64,000 nucleotides of DNA from Phoronis australis (taxonomy: Eukaryota > Animalia > Phoronida), in assembly GCA_002633005.1 (NCBI GenBank), contig NMRA01000292.1:406815-470814 (forward strand), in the 5' to 3' direction. Positions 1-12,663 of the stretch are shown here, in pieces. Position numbers and translations under genes: made by a program. Position 1 is the stretch's first letter. Each line of letters starts with the position of its first letter. The notes under the pieces are model-generated. The model was not told the DNA's origin and made no database searches. It saw only the letters and a list, made by a program, of their open reading frames with translations.

Positions 1-345
1 CTAAGCGTCTTGAATGTATGTTTGAAACGCCTCAAATGAAGAAGACCAATTATAGACCGGGATCCCAGAGCTTTTTTGGGCATGAAAAGGTAACCAATTC
101 TCTTTGGTGCCACAGTGCTCTATGGGTATCCTGATGCTTGGAAATGGCCGTCTGGCAGGTTCGCTCTGGTGGGTGTGGTCAGGGGAGCCAAGAGAATTGC
201 ACTAAAAAATTGAGCTAGATCAACATTTCTGGTAACCACTTAAAACTGCCTTCAATACCTGCTACGTCATCCATTGTATCAAAATTGGTCACTGCCAGAC
301 AATTTCAGTGGTGGGGAGTACCCGCCAGACGAACATATACAGGGT

Positions 346-1059
346 NNNNNNNNNNNNNNNNNNNNNNNNNNNNNNNNNNNNNNNNNNNNNNNNNNNNNNN
401 NNNNNNNNNNNNNNNNNNNNNNNNNNNNNNNNNNNNNNNNNNNNNNNNNNNNNNNNNNNNNNNNNNNNNNNNNNNNNNNNNNNNNNNNNNNNNNNNNNNN
501 NNNNNNNNNNNNNNNNNNNNNNNNNNNNNNNNNNNNNNNNNNNNNNNNNNNNNNNNNNNNNNNNNNNNNNNNNNNNNNNNNNNNNNNNNNNNNNNNNNNN
601 NNNNNNNNNNNNNNNNNNNNNNNNNNNNNNNNNNNNNNNNNNNNNNNNNNNNNNNNNNNNNNNNNNNNNNNNNNNNNNNNNNNNNNNNNNNNNNNNNNNN
701 NNNNNNNNNNNNNNNNNNNNNNNNNNNNNNNNNNNNNNNNNNNNNNNNNNNNNNNNNNNNNNNNNNNNNNNNNNNNNNNNNNNNNNNNNNNNNNNNNNNN
801 NNNNNNNNNNNNNNNNNNNNNNNNNNNNNNNNNNNNNNNNNNNNNNNNNNNNNNNNNNNNNNNNNNNNNNNNNNNNNNNNNNNNNNNNNNNNNNNNNNNN
901 NNNNNNNNNNNNNNNNNNNNNNNNNNNNNNNNNNNNNNNNNNNNNNNNNNNNNNNNNNNNNNNNNNNNNNNNNNNNNNNNNNNNNNNNNNNNNNNNNNNN
1001 NNNNNNNNNNNNNNNNNNNNNNNNNNNNNNNNNNNNNNNNNNNNNNNNNNNNNNNNNNN
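346..1059. other. Assembly gap (N run) inside left TIR
   Basis: 714 N; ORFs crossing it are artefacts. Confidence 1.
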
Positions 1060-2432
1060 GATATGGTGTTCTCCAAAAAGGCTGAAAACACCTCTGCGGC
1101 ACGTGATATTGGGTACGTATGGTCGTGTTAGATTTCGTGGAAACTATCAAAGCTGTAACGTAGATAAAAAATTCTGTTCATGTTGCGAATATGTTATTCA
1201 CAACTGATTCGTGGGTACAACGAGTCCTATTAATTTTTCATTTTAGTTAGATTGACAATCATTTCACAGATATGCGGGCAATGGAACTGTTCGCTTTTTG
1301 TCTTCATAGTGAATATAAAACACGTTCGAATTCATTATTCATAGATGTTGTATATGGTGCTCAGCCACCGTGGCGACGGACCCGGGCATCCACATTGGGG
1401 AAGGGGGTATCCAACCACAATGTATAATATTTTTGGAAATAGTGACTGAATTGCAGTTGAATTAAATAAAGAATCTAGTTTATGCTTCACTTTTTTTTAC
1501 TTTTATTATAAATAATACAGGCCCATAGTCAGTACGGGGGAGGGTTCGATCGAACCCACGACCCCGCTGAAAAGGTCCACCCCCAGCATATTCGTTAAAG
1601 ATAGGGTTTAATTGGACAATAACAACAAAATTGTTGCTGGTGCTAACTACAATGATAACTAAGTTAGCAATAATTTTGAGTTCGCTTCTGATTCAAACAG
1701 CGTCACGTGGCGCCGGACCGAACTCGGCAAACTTCGCCCAAGTGCAGCTGTTTGTGTAGATGACAGGATTGTGCATACGATAAGAGGAGGCTTTATGTTA
1801 TTCATAAACCAAGCGCGTAGTGGCTAAAACAAAGGGTAACAAGTGAGTCCAGAAGTTAATGTCTGTACCTAAGCATAAAAGTCTAGCCCAAAGACCTAAG
1901 TAAGCTTCATGTTAATGTAAATAACAACGAGAGAACTCCCAAAAAGTAGTGCCGAGTGAATGCCTTAAACTCGGCCAAGAAACAAAACAGCAGAAAAATT
2001 GAGATTTGTTTTTCTGCTATTTTTGGTTTAATTGCAACCATAGTACGGTAGAAGTATGGGAATTTTCAAATTTTGTATTGAAAGTGATCGTCAAATATGC
2101 AAATATGTTGTTCAACCAGTGTCCACTTTGATTGTTGATTGATGGATTGACATGCATGCGTGTACACCTTTGAACGTTTCTGTTCTTTTAAATTCAGTAC
2201 ATGCTGACAGTAAGTTCATTATAGGAGTCCTCCGTCGTGCTAAAAGCCAGACCTTCAACTACTGTGTTTTCTTGCACTGAGAATACACCGTTGAGCATTT
2301 TCACGTTATGATGGAAAGGTAGGCATAGACCTCAACTTTGGTCAACGAAAATCTTCTCTAGTCAATCATTTCAATGGTCCACAACCCTGCAGACTTCATA
2401 CGAGCCACAAACTAGATGGAAGAGATTTCCAG

Positions 2433-3583
2433 GGTTCCATGTCACTATGACGAAGGTTCAATACTCCGAAGGTCCAGTACTCAAAATGCCCATTACTCCG
2501 AAGGCTCGTTATCTTCTAAAGATCACTACTTTGAATTTCCACTATTCCAAACCCTGGGCCCGGTCTTATTCTTTGTACTCAAAACGAACTGGAAATTATT
2601 TTTGGCAATTTCTCTGCTCTTTTTGTGCGAACTCAAGATAAGTGGTTATCAGATTGTACTCGAATAATTATAGTTCATGCATATGAGTTTCTAGTCCAAG
2701 TTTGCACTTAAAAACCCTTATATGCGTGCTACAAACTCGAGTAAAAACTCGAAACTTCGAGTTTAAACTCAAACCTTTAGGTTTAATGTTGAATTTGTCA
2801 ACTGCAAACTAGGACTAATCAATCATCTACGTAAGTCATTATGTATTCGAGCATTGAGTAATGGACACTTATCTTGAGTTCGCACAAAAGTAGATTAAAA
2901 ATGCCAAACATTATTTCGAGTTCCATTTCGAGTAAAAAGATTCGAGACTGGGCCCAGAATTCCGACAGTTCACTACTTTGGTTGTGTGATCACGACTCAT
3001 TCTCAAGCAGAGACAACATCTGGGGCACGGCTGCGGCGACCAACGGCGGTTTCAAATTTAAGAAGACTAAATGGGACTCCCTGACTTCGTGAGGACTGGC
3101 AGGGACAGGGTGGCCTAGTAACTTCATTTAATTTCGACCAGGCTGTGTGCGTCGCGCTGCGATTCGATCTTGACATGGATTTGATGAATTGTGTCATGGC
3201 TGATAATTCATCAGTATTCCTACTTCATATCATTTTAAAATGCAAGTGCGTACTCATTTTAAGGCATGCGGGCAATTTCGCATGTGCATGAAATCTGACT
3301 AACGTTTCTGGTTGTGCTGGCCAGCTGGAGACGGTGGTCACTGTCTACATAAAACCTAAAGACAGTGTTTTAGTGCCCGGGCGTTGTTTTCGTTATAGGT
3401 GCATCTAATAGCCGAAACATCGTTTATTTTAGCATGTAAAAGTTTAAAAATTACATCTGAGTCTGAAAGTTTAGATATTTTGGAGCGGTGAATCTTCGGA
3501 GTGGTGAATCGTTGAAGTAGTGAACCTTCGGAGTAGTCAGTAAACCTTCCGAGTAGTAAACTTTCGAAATAGTGGGATGTCCC
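2433..3583. mobile_element. Nested non-autonomous TIR element (MULE/foldback-like) with CTCCGAAGG subterminal repeats
   Basis: Flanked by ATTTCCAG at 2425-2432 and 3585-3592; copy 2 reads GATTTCCAG, which suggests a 9-bp TSD. Imperfect GG..CC termini. Short (A)CTCCGAAGG motifs at 2445-2550 are inverted at 3490-3575. Confidence 0.6.
2557..2954. mobile_element. ~400-bp MITE family A (PIF/Harbinger-like)
   Basis: TIRs GGCCCGGTCT / AGACTGGGCC flanked by CTG / CAG. Homologous to 25418-25820, 32963-33363 and 63687-64000. Confidence 0.85.
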
Positions 3584-4148
3584 CATTTCCAGCGATGTAA
3601 GCAACTTAAGTAACACGCTAAAATAAAACCAGATATCCTAGACTTCACATTTCCGTCTGAGTATGCAATGAGGTGTAATCACTCATTTAAGCATGGCCGA
3701 TCTGAAACTTCGGCAGGAAATAACGCGAGAATGTTCTCTTTTTGGACCACATTACATCCTAATTAGTGTCCCGTTCGTTTCGAGCAACCGTCACAGCATC
3801 CTCGTATCTGGTATTACAAATTCCGTCTCATCTCATGAACATGAGTCGTCATCATGTATACAGATTTCCCTTCCCCCTAATTAAGCTGCGTCAAAGGCAT
3901 CACCGAAAACTCTACAGTGTCGACGTTTGCAAAATACCAAGATCCACCGTTCTTGAAATTCGAACCACCCCCGCCCAATGCTGCCTACGGGCCTGAATAG
4001 GATATATGCATTTGAGTAGAGAGATAGGGGCGTCTAAAAAAAGTCGCCCCTACATCGACCAAACCTCTGCACTCTCCTGCCCCACCGCTAAAAATGTCTG
4101 TAAAGTATCTTTTTTTGCATGCAGAATGTTGCTCGACATTATGCAAAT

Positions 4149-5060
4149 GGTTTCAAGCTGTTACCTGCCGTGTTGATCTAGCTCAACTCAGGTACTTGGG
4201 CGTTTCTGGCGAGGATAACCCACCACTATATTTGTCTGGTAGTATCTATTCTTCAAACCTGGGCTTACGGCGAATATTTTGCAACTGGTTTTATGTGGTT
4301 ACCTCAGGGTTGATCTACCTCAATTCATGTATTTGGGCATGTCTGGCGGGGCTAACCCACCGCTAGATTTGTCTGTTTCGACTCTTTATTTGTCTGATGG
4401 AGGCATCTTACTGTTTTGCCACATGCAATGATGCTGAAAATCGGGCGATTGGTTTCAAGCGGTTTCCTGGTGGGTTGATCTAGCTCAACTCAGGTACTTG
4501 GGCGTGTCTGGCGGGGCTAACCCACCACTAGATTTGTCTGGCAGTGTTTATTCGTGATACCTGGGCTTACGGTGAATATTTTGGAACTAGTTTTAGGCGG
4601 TTACCTCTTGGATTGATCTAGCTCAATTTTTAACCCTTTTTGATAATCGTCTGGCAGGGCCACCCCACCACTGAAATTGTCTGGCATCTAACTGTTGTTC
4701 CATGTTCAGTGATGCTGAACATCGTGCAATTGGTTTCAAACGGTTACCTGATGGGTTGATCTAGCTCAATTCTGGTATTTGGGCGTGTCTGGCGGGGGTA
4801 ACCCACCACTAGATTTGTCTGGCAGTGTTCATTCGTGATACCTGGGCTTACGGTGAATATTTTGCGACTGGTTTCAAGCGGTTACCTCTTGGATTGATCT
4901 AGCTCAATTTTTGTACCCTGTATATGTTCGTCTGGCGGGTACTCCCCACCACTGAAATTGTCTGGCAGTGACCAATTTTGATACAATGGATGACGTAGCA
5001 GGTATTGAAGGCAGTTTTAAGTGGTTACCAGAAAAGCTGATCTAGCTCAATTTTTTAGTG
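4149..5060. repeat. Subterminal tandem array of ~140-bp units (7 units, alternating A/B subtypes)
   Basis: The core TTGATCTAGCTCAA ... CCCACCACT..ATTTGTCTGGCA recurs near 4173, 4310, 4475, 4613, 4756, 4894 and 5037. Confidence 0.9.
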
Positions 5061-5972
5061 CAATTCTCTTGGCTCCCCTGACCACACCCACCAGAGCGAG
5101 CCTGCCAGACGGCCATTTCCAAGCATCAGGATACCCATAGAGCACTGTGTCACCAAAGAAAATTGGTTACCTTTTCATGCCCAAAAAAGCTCTGGGATCC
5201 CGGTCTAATTAAGTTCGCCGCCGTACACGCGAATTTACTCCAACATGATAATGTACACCAACCGTAAAATACGGTCTCAGCCATTGAATACGGATTATCT
5301 CTACTTTCCCCCTATTCAATGGGGGTATTCAGGGGCGGATCCAGGATTTTGAGTTGGGGGGCAGGGCGCAGGAATAATTACCGTTTTCTTAGTAAGTACG
5401 CTCAATCCAAGAAACAATAAAAAGTAACGTAATCGACCGGACAACGGGCACAAATCTTGGTTCTTAAATTTAAGTCTACTGAACAAACACGTAGTGTTGA
5501 CCTCTAATTGAAATCATCTTAACGTTAGAATCATTTTTTTAATTTGAGTTCGTTCCTTGAATATTAAGACATTGTATTCTAAACGCTCGGATGGCTTGTA
5601 CTATTCAATAACATTCACTCCAACCATATTGACAAGATTGTGATTTCTGGCACACCGAAGGTTGCCACCCAGAGATTTTTGTTCATTTGCTTAACAAGTG
5701 CTATAATTACACTCTTGTAGGACAATTCGCCAACGCTTATTCATAAGCATTTGCTCACTCAGCGTGTACTCCAAGTCGGGAAAGCGGACAAACCCACTTT
5801 CGATGTGCGAACATGCTAAAGTTTATGAAATGACACTTTCTATAAATGCCCGCTAAATAAATACTAATTGTTACCAGCAACTTCCATGAAAATTGTGTGT
5901 ATGCGATTTCAACATGCACGTATTCTTAAAAATCAGACAGTTATTACTTTTGGGAGGTCTTGTATACAAAGT

Positions 5973-6131
5973 TTATGCCCCCATACTTTTAAGTAGGTCC
6001 TCATTTTCTTCGTAGCAGACGACACCAACGTCTTTGTAATGTGAGTACCAATTGGTAAGTCCCTGACGGTGAAGCACTTCTCTGTCTTCTTTCCAAAAGT
6101 TGTCTCCATAGCCGGCAGCAAAGGAACAATC
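5973..6131 (-). CDS. SRCR gene exon 9 (end of SRCR5 + stop)
   Basis: Acceptor ttttag| then DCSFAAGYGDNFWKEDREVLHRQGLTNWYSHYKDVGVVCYEENEDLLKSMGA*. Phase 0 matches the end of exon 8. Confidence 0.88.
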   Translation of the reverse strand, partial: DCSFAAGYGDNFWKEDREVLHRQGLTNWYSHYKDVGVVCYEENEDLLKSMGA

Positions 6132-6525
6132 CTAAAATCCAGAAAAGTTAGAAATTTGGTCTTATTCTCCACATAACTTTTTCTGGAAAATAATTAAACC
6201 TCTCTTGAACAAAAATGAAGGTCGCACATTCTAGATTTCGTCAATTTTCTTTGAAAACCGCCGCTTGCAAAAACTTCAAGCAAAGTCAGCACTTTTGAAT
6301 AGCAGTGGTTTGTGACTGAGATTGTTCGCCCACTAGCCTTCGTGGTGGTGAAGAGCTTTCTACTCTCATTCAATTCAGATAACGAACAGAGCACCTACTC
6401 GTCATCAGCGAAACCCATTATATATCGAGTGTCCCGTAAATATATGTGGTTTAAGTACCTTCACATCCAATGTAATGGCAGACCAATATTTTGTAAATAA
6501 AAAACGGAAATGCTGCTTTACTTAC

Positions 6526-7169
6526 TGCTAATCTAGTTTCGTTTCCTGTGCACGTTACATTCTTCAGCCACTGTGGAACTTTCACTCTATGGAACCATGT
6601 TCTACCGGGCGCTGAAATGCCCCCTGCAAACAGTTTTAGGCCGCTACTTTCCAGCTGTCTACATACCACACTTGCTTCTACGTCTGTCCACATCCCCGCA
6701 TCAGCACTAACTGTGCCCCAAACTTTTTTGTAAGACATATACACAATACCGTATCTTTTATTTCCTTCCATGAGCTTTACTTTGAAGTCGTCGACGAACG
6801 TATTGTTGGAGTTATAGCACACAACACCGACTTCAGAATCGCGATAACGACATTCTGGGTCTGGGTAATGCTCTCCCCATTGTTTGTCTGTGGGACAATC
6901 CAGCAAGTTTGTTTCGTTTCCAGTGCAGTTCACATGCTTTTTCCAAATTGGGAACCGTGAACCACCTTCGTAAAGTATTCCGAAAGCCAAAGGTATGCCT
7001 GCGTTGAACTTCTCATAGCCAATAGACGATGATAAAGTCTTGCACGTGACTAAAGCGTCCTCCTCCGTCCAATCAGGATCGCAAATCATTCCCGGTGAGT
7101 CGTAATAAATCACAAGAACGTGACCCCAACTTTTAGTTTCTTGTTCAGTGATAATAGTAACACGAGTGT
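6526..7169 (-). CDS. SRCR gene exon 8 (SRCR4 + most of SRCR5)
   Basis: Lies almost entirely within ORF 6451..7113 and continues in frame to the acceptor: GMICDPDW, VTCKTL, HVNCTGNETNLLDCP, EVGVVC, WGTVSADAGMW, VVCRQL, NVTCTGNETRLA. Acceptor ttttag, donor gtaag. Confidence 0.93.
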
Positions 7170-8699
7170 CTAAAACGAAATAAGTTGACTTGCAAGTGAA
7201 ATGTATCTCATCCTCATATTTTCAAGCCTAAACAAATCGATTAGTTGAAGTCTAGTTTGGTTACTTCAAAAATGGTGGTCATTTCGAACTTCAAAACTGG
7301 GTGAGTTGTTGTCCCTTATTTCAGGTTCCCAGTAACCAAAACAAAACAGTTTTCCTATAGGTTACCTCTAATTCGTTGGAACATGAAGCCTGAATTCGGT
7401 GTTAAGTATACGCAGGCCCCTCCTGCACGTATTTGGTTGGAGCATTCGGGCATTCACTGAATAGCGAGCTCGATCTTGGCAATTAAGTAAATGCAGGTAG
7501 GACACTGAGCCCGGTGAAATTTCTCCCGCCCCTCTTTCTCCCTTCCCCCCGTCCCTCAACATCTCCTCTGGGCATTCACTAAACAACAAGCTCCATCTTG
7601 CTAGTCCACAATATGCAGGCAAGACACCGAACCTTACGGACTCTCTCGCTCTCTCTCTCTCACTTCCTCAGCATCTCCCTCTGTAAGGCGTGAGATTTCT
7701 ATATCTGCTAGGTTTAGAGTTTCCATGTCTGCAGTTTCGAGATATCCGTCAGCATACCGTAAAGTCTTTCCCAGAGGCATCCCTAAGCACATTACATGTT
7801 TATTGTTTGTCAGAGAAATATATTGTGTTCGGACACCACCAAAAGGTACTCAACCAAAAGTACTTGAAATCTTAAGTAATTCCTACTATTCCGAGTAATA
7901 CCTATGAAACCGTGACCACAAATAGTTCTTGAGTAAAACCTCGACCACACGTTGGCAAAATTCCTCAAGCATCCCAAGCTTGATACGTTGCGTATTTGAG
8001 CAAATAGTCATCTTATAATACACGTTCTCAGTCGTTATTCCCTGTAATCTAGAGCCTGTCATGAATGGATTTTGGAGATGATCGCCCAAGCCATGAAATA
8101 ATCTATATTATTATATACACATGAGGTTTAATGTGAACGCAAAAGCCGTGGGGAATATCATTAAGAATGTGCAGTAATTCTTCATTTGTTTAGCACACAA
8201 TATGACCGACAAGTGAAATTCTATTTTATTAACTTTCTTCACAAAAACAAATAGCTTAAGAAAATTTTAGTTTATTGCTTGCCTAATACATACTGCGTTG
8301 ATTTTTCAAACAACATTTGATAAAGTTTCCACTTTTTGTAGTAAAGTAATCAGTCTTTGAAAAATACTAAATTTTATAATCATGTTTCTGTGAAATGAAC
8401 TTTTGACTTAGACGACTCACTGTAATAACATTGATCTCAACTTTCTACTTCCTCAGGTGAGAAGAGATTTTTGGACTCGTAAAGAACTGACACTTCCTTA
8501 TTCTTTGAAACCATTATCGGCACGTTAATTGTTATGCCGCGACAAAATCAGTTTGTAAATCCTAATCTTAAATAATAACGAGATATCAGCTCTTTCAAAG
8601 ACCAGAAAACTCATCTAAATTGATTAAGAAACAATTTGCCACCAATTTCACTACGGCAAGTGATTTACGTCAAACTTTGGAGCAGAAGCCGCTTTGGAG

Positions 8700-9397
8700 G
8701 AGAAAGTAACCCATTCCACGAAATATTTTTCAGTTAATTACGGCTTCCCGGTGACAGTAGCTGAAGGGCTTCGAGTTACTGTAGAGGAAACTGCCTCTTG
8801 AGGCTTCTCGCTTCAAAAATGCACTCCTCGAGGGTGGCGATGGGGCACTGCCGGGAACCAACAGCAAGGGTGTGACACTGTTATTCAGGTGTTGTTTTGC
8901 AGGAACTTTCATCGCTTGCGTGAACATATCTCTTTCGTAACACGCCGACAGAAAATGCTTGCCACTCACTCGGTAATTCTCCACTGCTTTGTACTTTGCG
9001 TGGACGGGTAATACTGCGTTCTTCACACTAACGAGCCAAGTACAGCGGAGAGTGTCATTCGTCGGAAAGCGATGCAATGGCATACCCAGAGTGCGCATGA
9101 GACGATAACGAGTACATCCCCAGTAGGCAGCAACCATATGGCATGCTGACTGATAAGTAAAAAAACGCAAACGACGACCGAACGTATCACAACCAAAGTA
9201 AAATAATGACTGACTCGACAGCTCACACAGTCAGATTATACGAAAACAAAATGGCGAGAAATTTTAAACGTCACTTCCAGAATAGGGCATGAGTGATTAA
9301 TAAAATTATGAGAAGCCTTAATTAACTGAAAATATGTCTGCGGTAATCAAGGAACGCTATTTTTACTAAAATGACATGAAAAATGTTGTTTTCTCCT
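8700..9397 (-). mobile_element. Kolobok relic (THAP-domain N-terminus of transposase + one terminal repeat)
   Basis: ORF 8730..9170 is a decayed THAP domain (LHRFP..W..RVSGKHF). Positions 9170-9397 resemble the right end of the Kolobok at 13850-14100 and end ..TTCTCCT|TCAA (degenerate TTAA). Left boundary approximate. Confidence 0.7.
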
Positions 9398-9494
9398 TCA
9401 AGTACGGAAATGTGGCCGGTGACCTGTTTACATGCAATAAATACGAATTGTCATCAAATGTCAGAACAGCGTAACTAAGAGTTTTTATACTTAC

Positions 9495-9723
9495 CATATG
9501 ATTTTGTCACATCGTAACAAATTGCTCCTGCGGTGCTTTTACCTTCTTCGTCTCCGTGCACTGGGCAGTCATTTGTCACTGTGTGAGGGCACTCCCAAAG
9601 AGATGATTCTGTACCTTTGCATTGAAAGTTCGACATTCCAAAATGAGCGCCCCAGCTATCCGTATGAAAAGTTCCGCGCCTGAAAGCCATTCCCCCGTTG
9701 AATCCCATACTTTTGCAAGCAAC
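9495..9723 (-). CDS. SRCR gene exon 7 (second half of SRCR3)
   Basis: VACKSMGF...FQCKGTESSLWECPH..DCP..AGAICYD; acceptor cgtag, donor gtaag; phase 0->1. Confidence 0.92.
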
Positions 9724-10537
9724 CTACGTGTCATAAAAACCGCATAAATTAAGCACTAAAGAAGGAAACGTAAACCGAATTTTACCCCGAAGTTCATTAA
9801 CTGACAATTATATCTATTATGGTGGTGAATTTTTGAAAAATTGGTTTGTCTTGTGAGCTTTTATCCAACAGTATACGCTAAAAGAATAAGGCCTAACAAA
9901 AACGAGAATCAAAAATACATGGTCTGGATGAGTTGGCCAACCCCTTCAAAACGTTTTATCATAGTGCGTATAGGTTTTAGACGTTCTCATTTTTGTTTTT
10001 AAGTAACCTGATTTGCTTTAGGTTGTTAGTGAAAAGAATTCACTCCCTTCAATAGAACTACTCAAACAATAACAAAAACATCACTTTTAATGGATTGCAC
10101 AGGTAAATACGAGAAATAGTTGTTGAAATATATAAAAAATACGATTAAAGAAACATGGGCATAAAAGGATTTTTTTGGTGCTTTGGGGTTGAAAACGTTA
10201 GTACTCCCGTTAGCTAAAAGTCCCGTCCGGACTTGGACGACACAAGTTTCTCCCGGTTCTTGTCCCCAGCGCGAAACCCTCTGCCACCCATTTCGCCGCT
10301 GCCACTATTTGCGTTCCATCCCAAGTGTTCACATTTCGACCATCAACTTCATGGCTACAATGCGCTTCGACATTTATTTTCTGGTCGTTGCAAGGTCAAA
10401 TTGATACGTGAAAATGGTAGTGATAGTTTGGGCAAATCGTGACAATTTGGGCATACAGCGCTAACCCAAATTGTCACAATTTTTAAGTTGTGACAATCTG
10501 GGAAGATGATGTGACGATTTGCACAGGGATGTCTTAA

Positions 10538-12178
10538 AAGGGGACTGTAGTCAAAATAATGTTGCAGTTAATCGGTTCTAACATACAAATAAAACTCACA
10601 TTTGCCTGACTTGCGTGCCAAACAAAAGCCAATTCGTATTCATGGTCAAAACACTGAATTCTGAAAGCCATCGCTGATTGGCTGATGTGTCAGTGACGTG
10701 AACGGCGGGGTATCGGCTGCTTTGCACATTCATTGCTTATGTCATATTTGAAGAGTTTACATCGTAATTTATCATTGTATCAATCGTCCTTATTTTTTTA
10801 TTGTTTGCCACAGTGCTGTAAAAGGTTCGCTATGCCTTTTTGTATGGCACCTGGTTGCTCAAACTCTTCGAAAAAGGCGTCTTCTAAAGGGATGGTCATC
10901 GCATACCATCGCCGGGTTACCCAAGCCTTGGCCCAAAGCTCAGTGTATACTAGATATAGGCCTACAGGTTTAAGCCGATATGGGTAAAAAATGTGCAAAT
11001 AAAATGTGACTCAAATAAATGTCATTAAAACTAAGTCATCCTTGAGTAAACCTAGGAAACAGGTTCCTAGAGTAAACTAACTTCTGTATTTACCGGTGTT
11101 GGAAATGTTAGCGATCGTTCATCGGCTTGTGCTAGTAAAATTGTGATGTGTTTTCTTGAGTCGGCTTTTTGCGATTACGTCACCTGACCTTTACCAGTTT
11201 CTTTTCCCCCTGATTCTTTTATCATGTGTTCGTCGCTGACGGTACCTAGATTGCGTACATGTTATAACAAATTATCGGAGCTTGTTTCATTTTGTTTCAA
11301 GTTTTTAGTATTTTTACACCAGCAAACCGAATTTTAGAACAACCTTGGTGCTGCGAAGCTGTTATGATGTCCCGAAAGACGTCTCAAATTTTTATGAAAT
11401 GGCGCGTGCGCCGTGTCACGAGCGTGCTGTTCTTGAAACGGACAACACACTTCTTTGTTAAAAAGGCGGCAAATTATGCTACCAAAGGACGTTTATTTGA
11501 TTGTTTTCCACTTAAACGGCTGCAACGAACAATGGAAGTGTCGGGTGACTATATCAGATTTTGCATGCGCCCCCGCCGGTCCGTTAGCTTTATATGTTGA
11601 TGTAGCCTAAGTTTTACGACGAGGTGACGAGCATAACTGAGTCAACTATACCCGGGTAGTCAACGGCTGTCTGAAATTTCGGGGTTAACGGAGCTCAACA
11701 CACAGTGGTACGATAGTCTTCATACAGGTACAGTCGGTAACTTACCAACCCTTCAAGTTTACAGAGCTGCCGGAGTATTGGCTGACAACTGGCTGACTGG
11801 ATGGCTAGAGTCCACATTGCCCTCGGCACAGTCACTGACACCAGTTACACCGGCAAATTTTCGTCTGACGATGACGATGACTAGGTATCATTTTGTGTTG
11901 CCTCGGCTCAAACAGGTATCCCTTGTGACCCGAAATTTCACACTAAAATTTCTTATTCCGACAATACAAAAAACGCTACTTGATTGCACGCTAACACAGG
12001 ACAGTGACTTTGCCCCCGCCAAATACGTCACGAGACTAAGCAGCGCTCCAAGCCGGTAATTTTTTGAGCTTCGTTAGAGAACATAAGTTTAATTTTTGGT
12101 GTTGAATTATTTGTGAAATTAATCAACAATTCATAGAAAACTATCCAGAATTTATTCAGGATAAAATACAGTTCCCTT
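10538..12178 (+). mobile_element. Non-autonomous Kolobok element with THAP start
   Basis: TTAA at 10534-10537 and 12179-12182. TIR AAGGGGACTGTA / TACAGTTCCCTT. THAP N-terminus MPFCMAPGCSNSSKK...AYHR begins at 10832. Confidence 0.75.
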
Positions 12179-12274
12179 TTAAGTGCTGCTCTCGCCCACC
12201 TTTCTACGTTTATCGTTAGAAAGAGTTATAAAGATGTATCATTTAACGAAAGACAACAATTCTCAGCTACTTAC

Positions 12275-12390
12275 TTTAGCATCGCTGTCGTCCCATCCGT
12301 CATCACATATTTCTTTTGACCAATGAAGGGGATTGCCTGGTAACCAATAGTTAACACGGCCATAATTGAACCCGCTCCTCAAGAAAACAG
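12275..12390 (-). CDS. SRCR gene exon 6 (first half of SRCR3)
   Basis: VFLRSGFNYGRVNYWLPGNPLHWSKEICDDGWDDSDAK; acceptor ttgcag, donor gtaagt; phase 1->0. Too short for the ORF track. Confidence 0.9.
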
Positions 12391-12663
12391 CTGCAACAAA
12401 ACGCTTGTTATAACATTAGAATATAACAGAGTCTTGTTATATCAAGAGTAATGTTTCTGGTCTGAGCTACAGGAACCAAATATCCTGGTTTCTAAGTTAA
12501 AACGGTCGTATCTTGAATTTTTATAGACAGACAATTTACCAATGCGGTGGCGGTTCATGTAGGTGGTTACTCACCATTCAATTTGAAAACAAATATGGTC
12601 GTTCTTAAAAAAATTGCTGTGCCGCACTCATACACTGTAGTAAAGGGCCTACCGCCATCTTAA

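Larger units (their letters stand above)
53..5207. mobile_element. Non-autonomous DNA transposon with long TIRs (Academ-like termini), copy 1
   Basis: Starts TAGACCGGGATCCCAGAGC at 53 and ends GCTCTGGGATCCCGGTCTA at 5207. Positions 53-345 are the reverse complement of ~4915-5207; the left TIR then runs into the N gap. Flanked by the direct repeat ATTA (49-52, 5208-5211). No intact ORF. The Academ assignment rests on TAG..CTA termini plus a 4-bp TSD and is an inference. Confidence 0.8.

Noticed and set aside
274-1207. Five long ORFs of 266-299 aa
   Set aside because: They consist almost entirely of X from the N gap.
4149-5060. Repeat-spacer-like pattern suggesting CRISPR
   Set aside because: The linkers are homologous to each other, the unit is ~140 bp, there are no cas genes, and the array lies inside a eukaryotic transposon TIR.
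5933-6172. 79-aa minus ORF from the track
   Set aside because: Wrong frame; the real exon (5973-6131) is in another frame and completes SRCR5.
8730-9170. Possible host THAP-domain gene
   Set aside because: Zn-ligand Cys residues are mutated, it adjoins a Kolobok-type terminus, and a related decayed copy lies at ~13600-13850.
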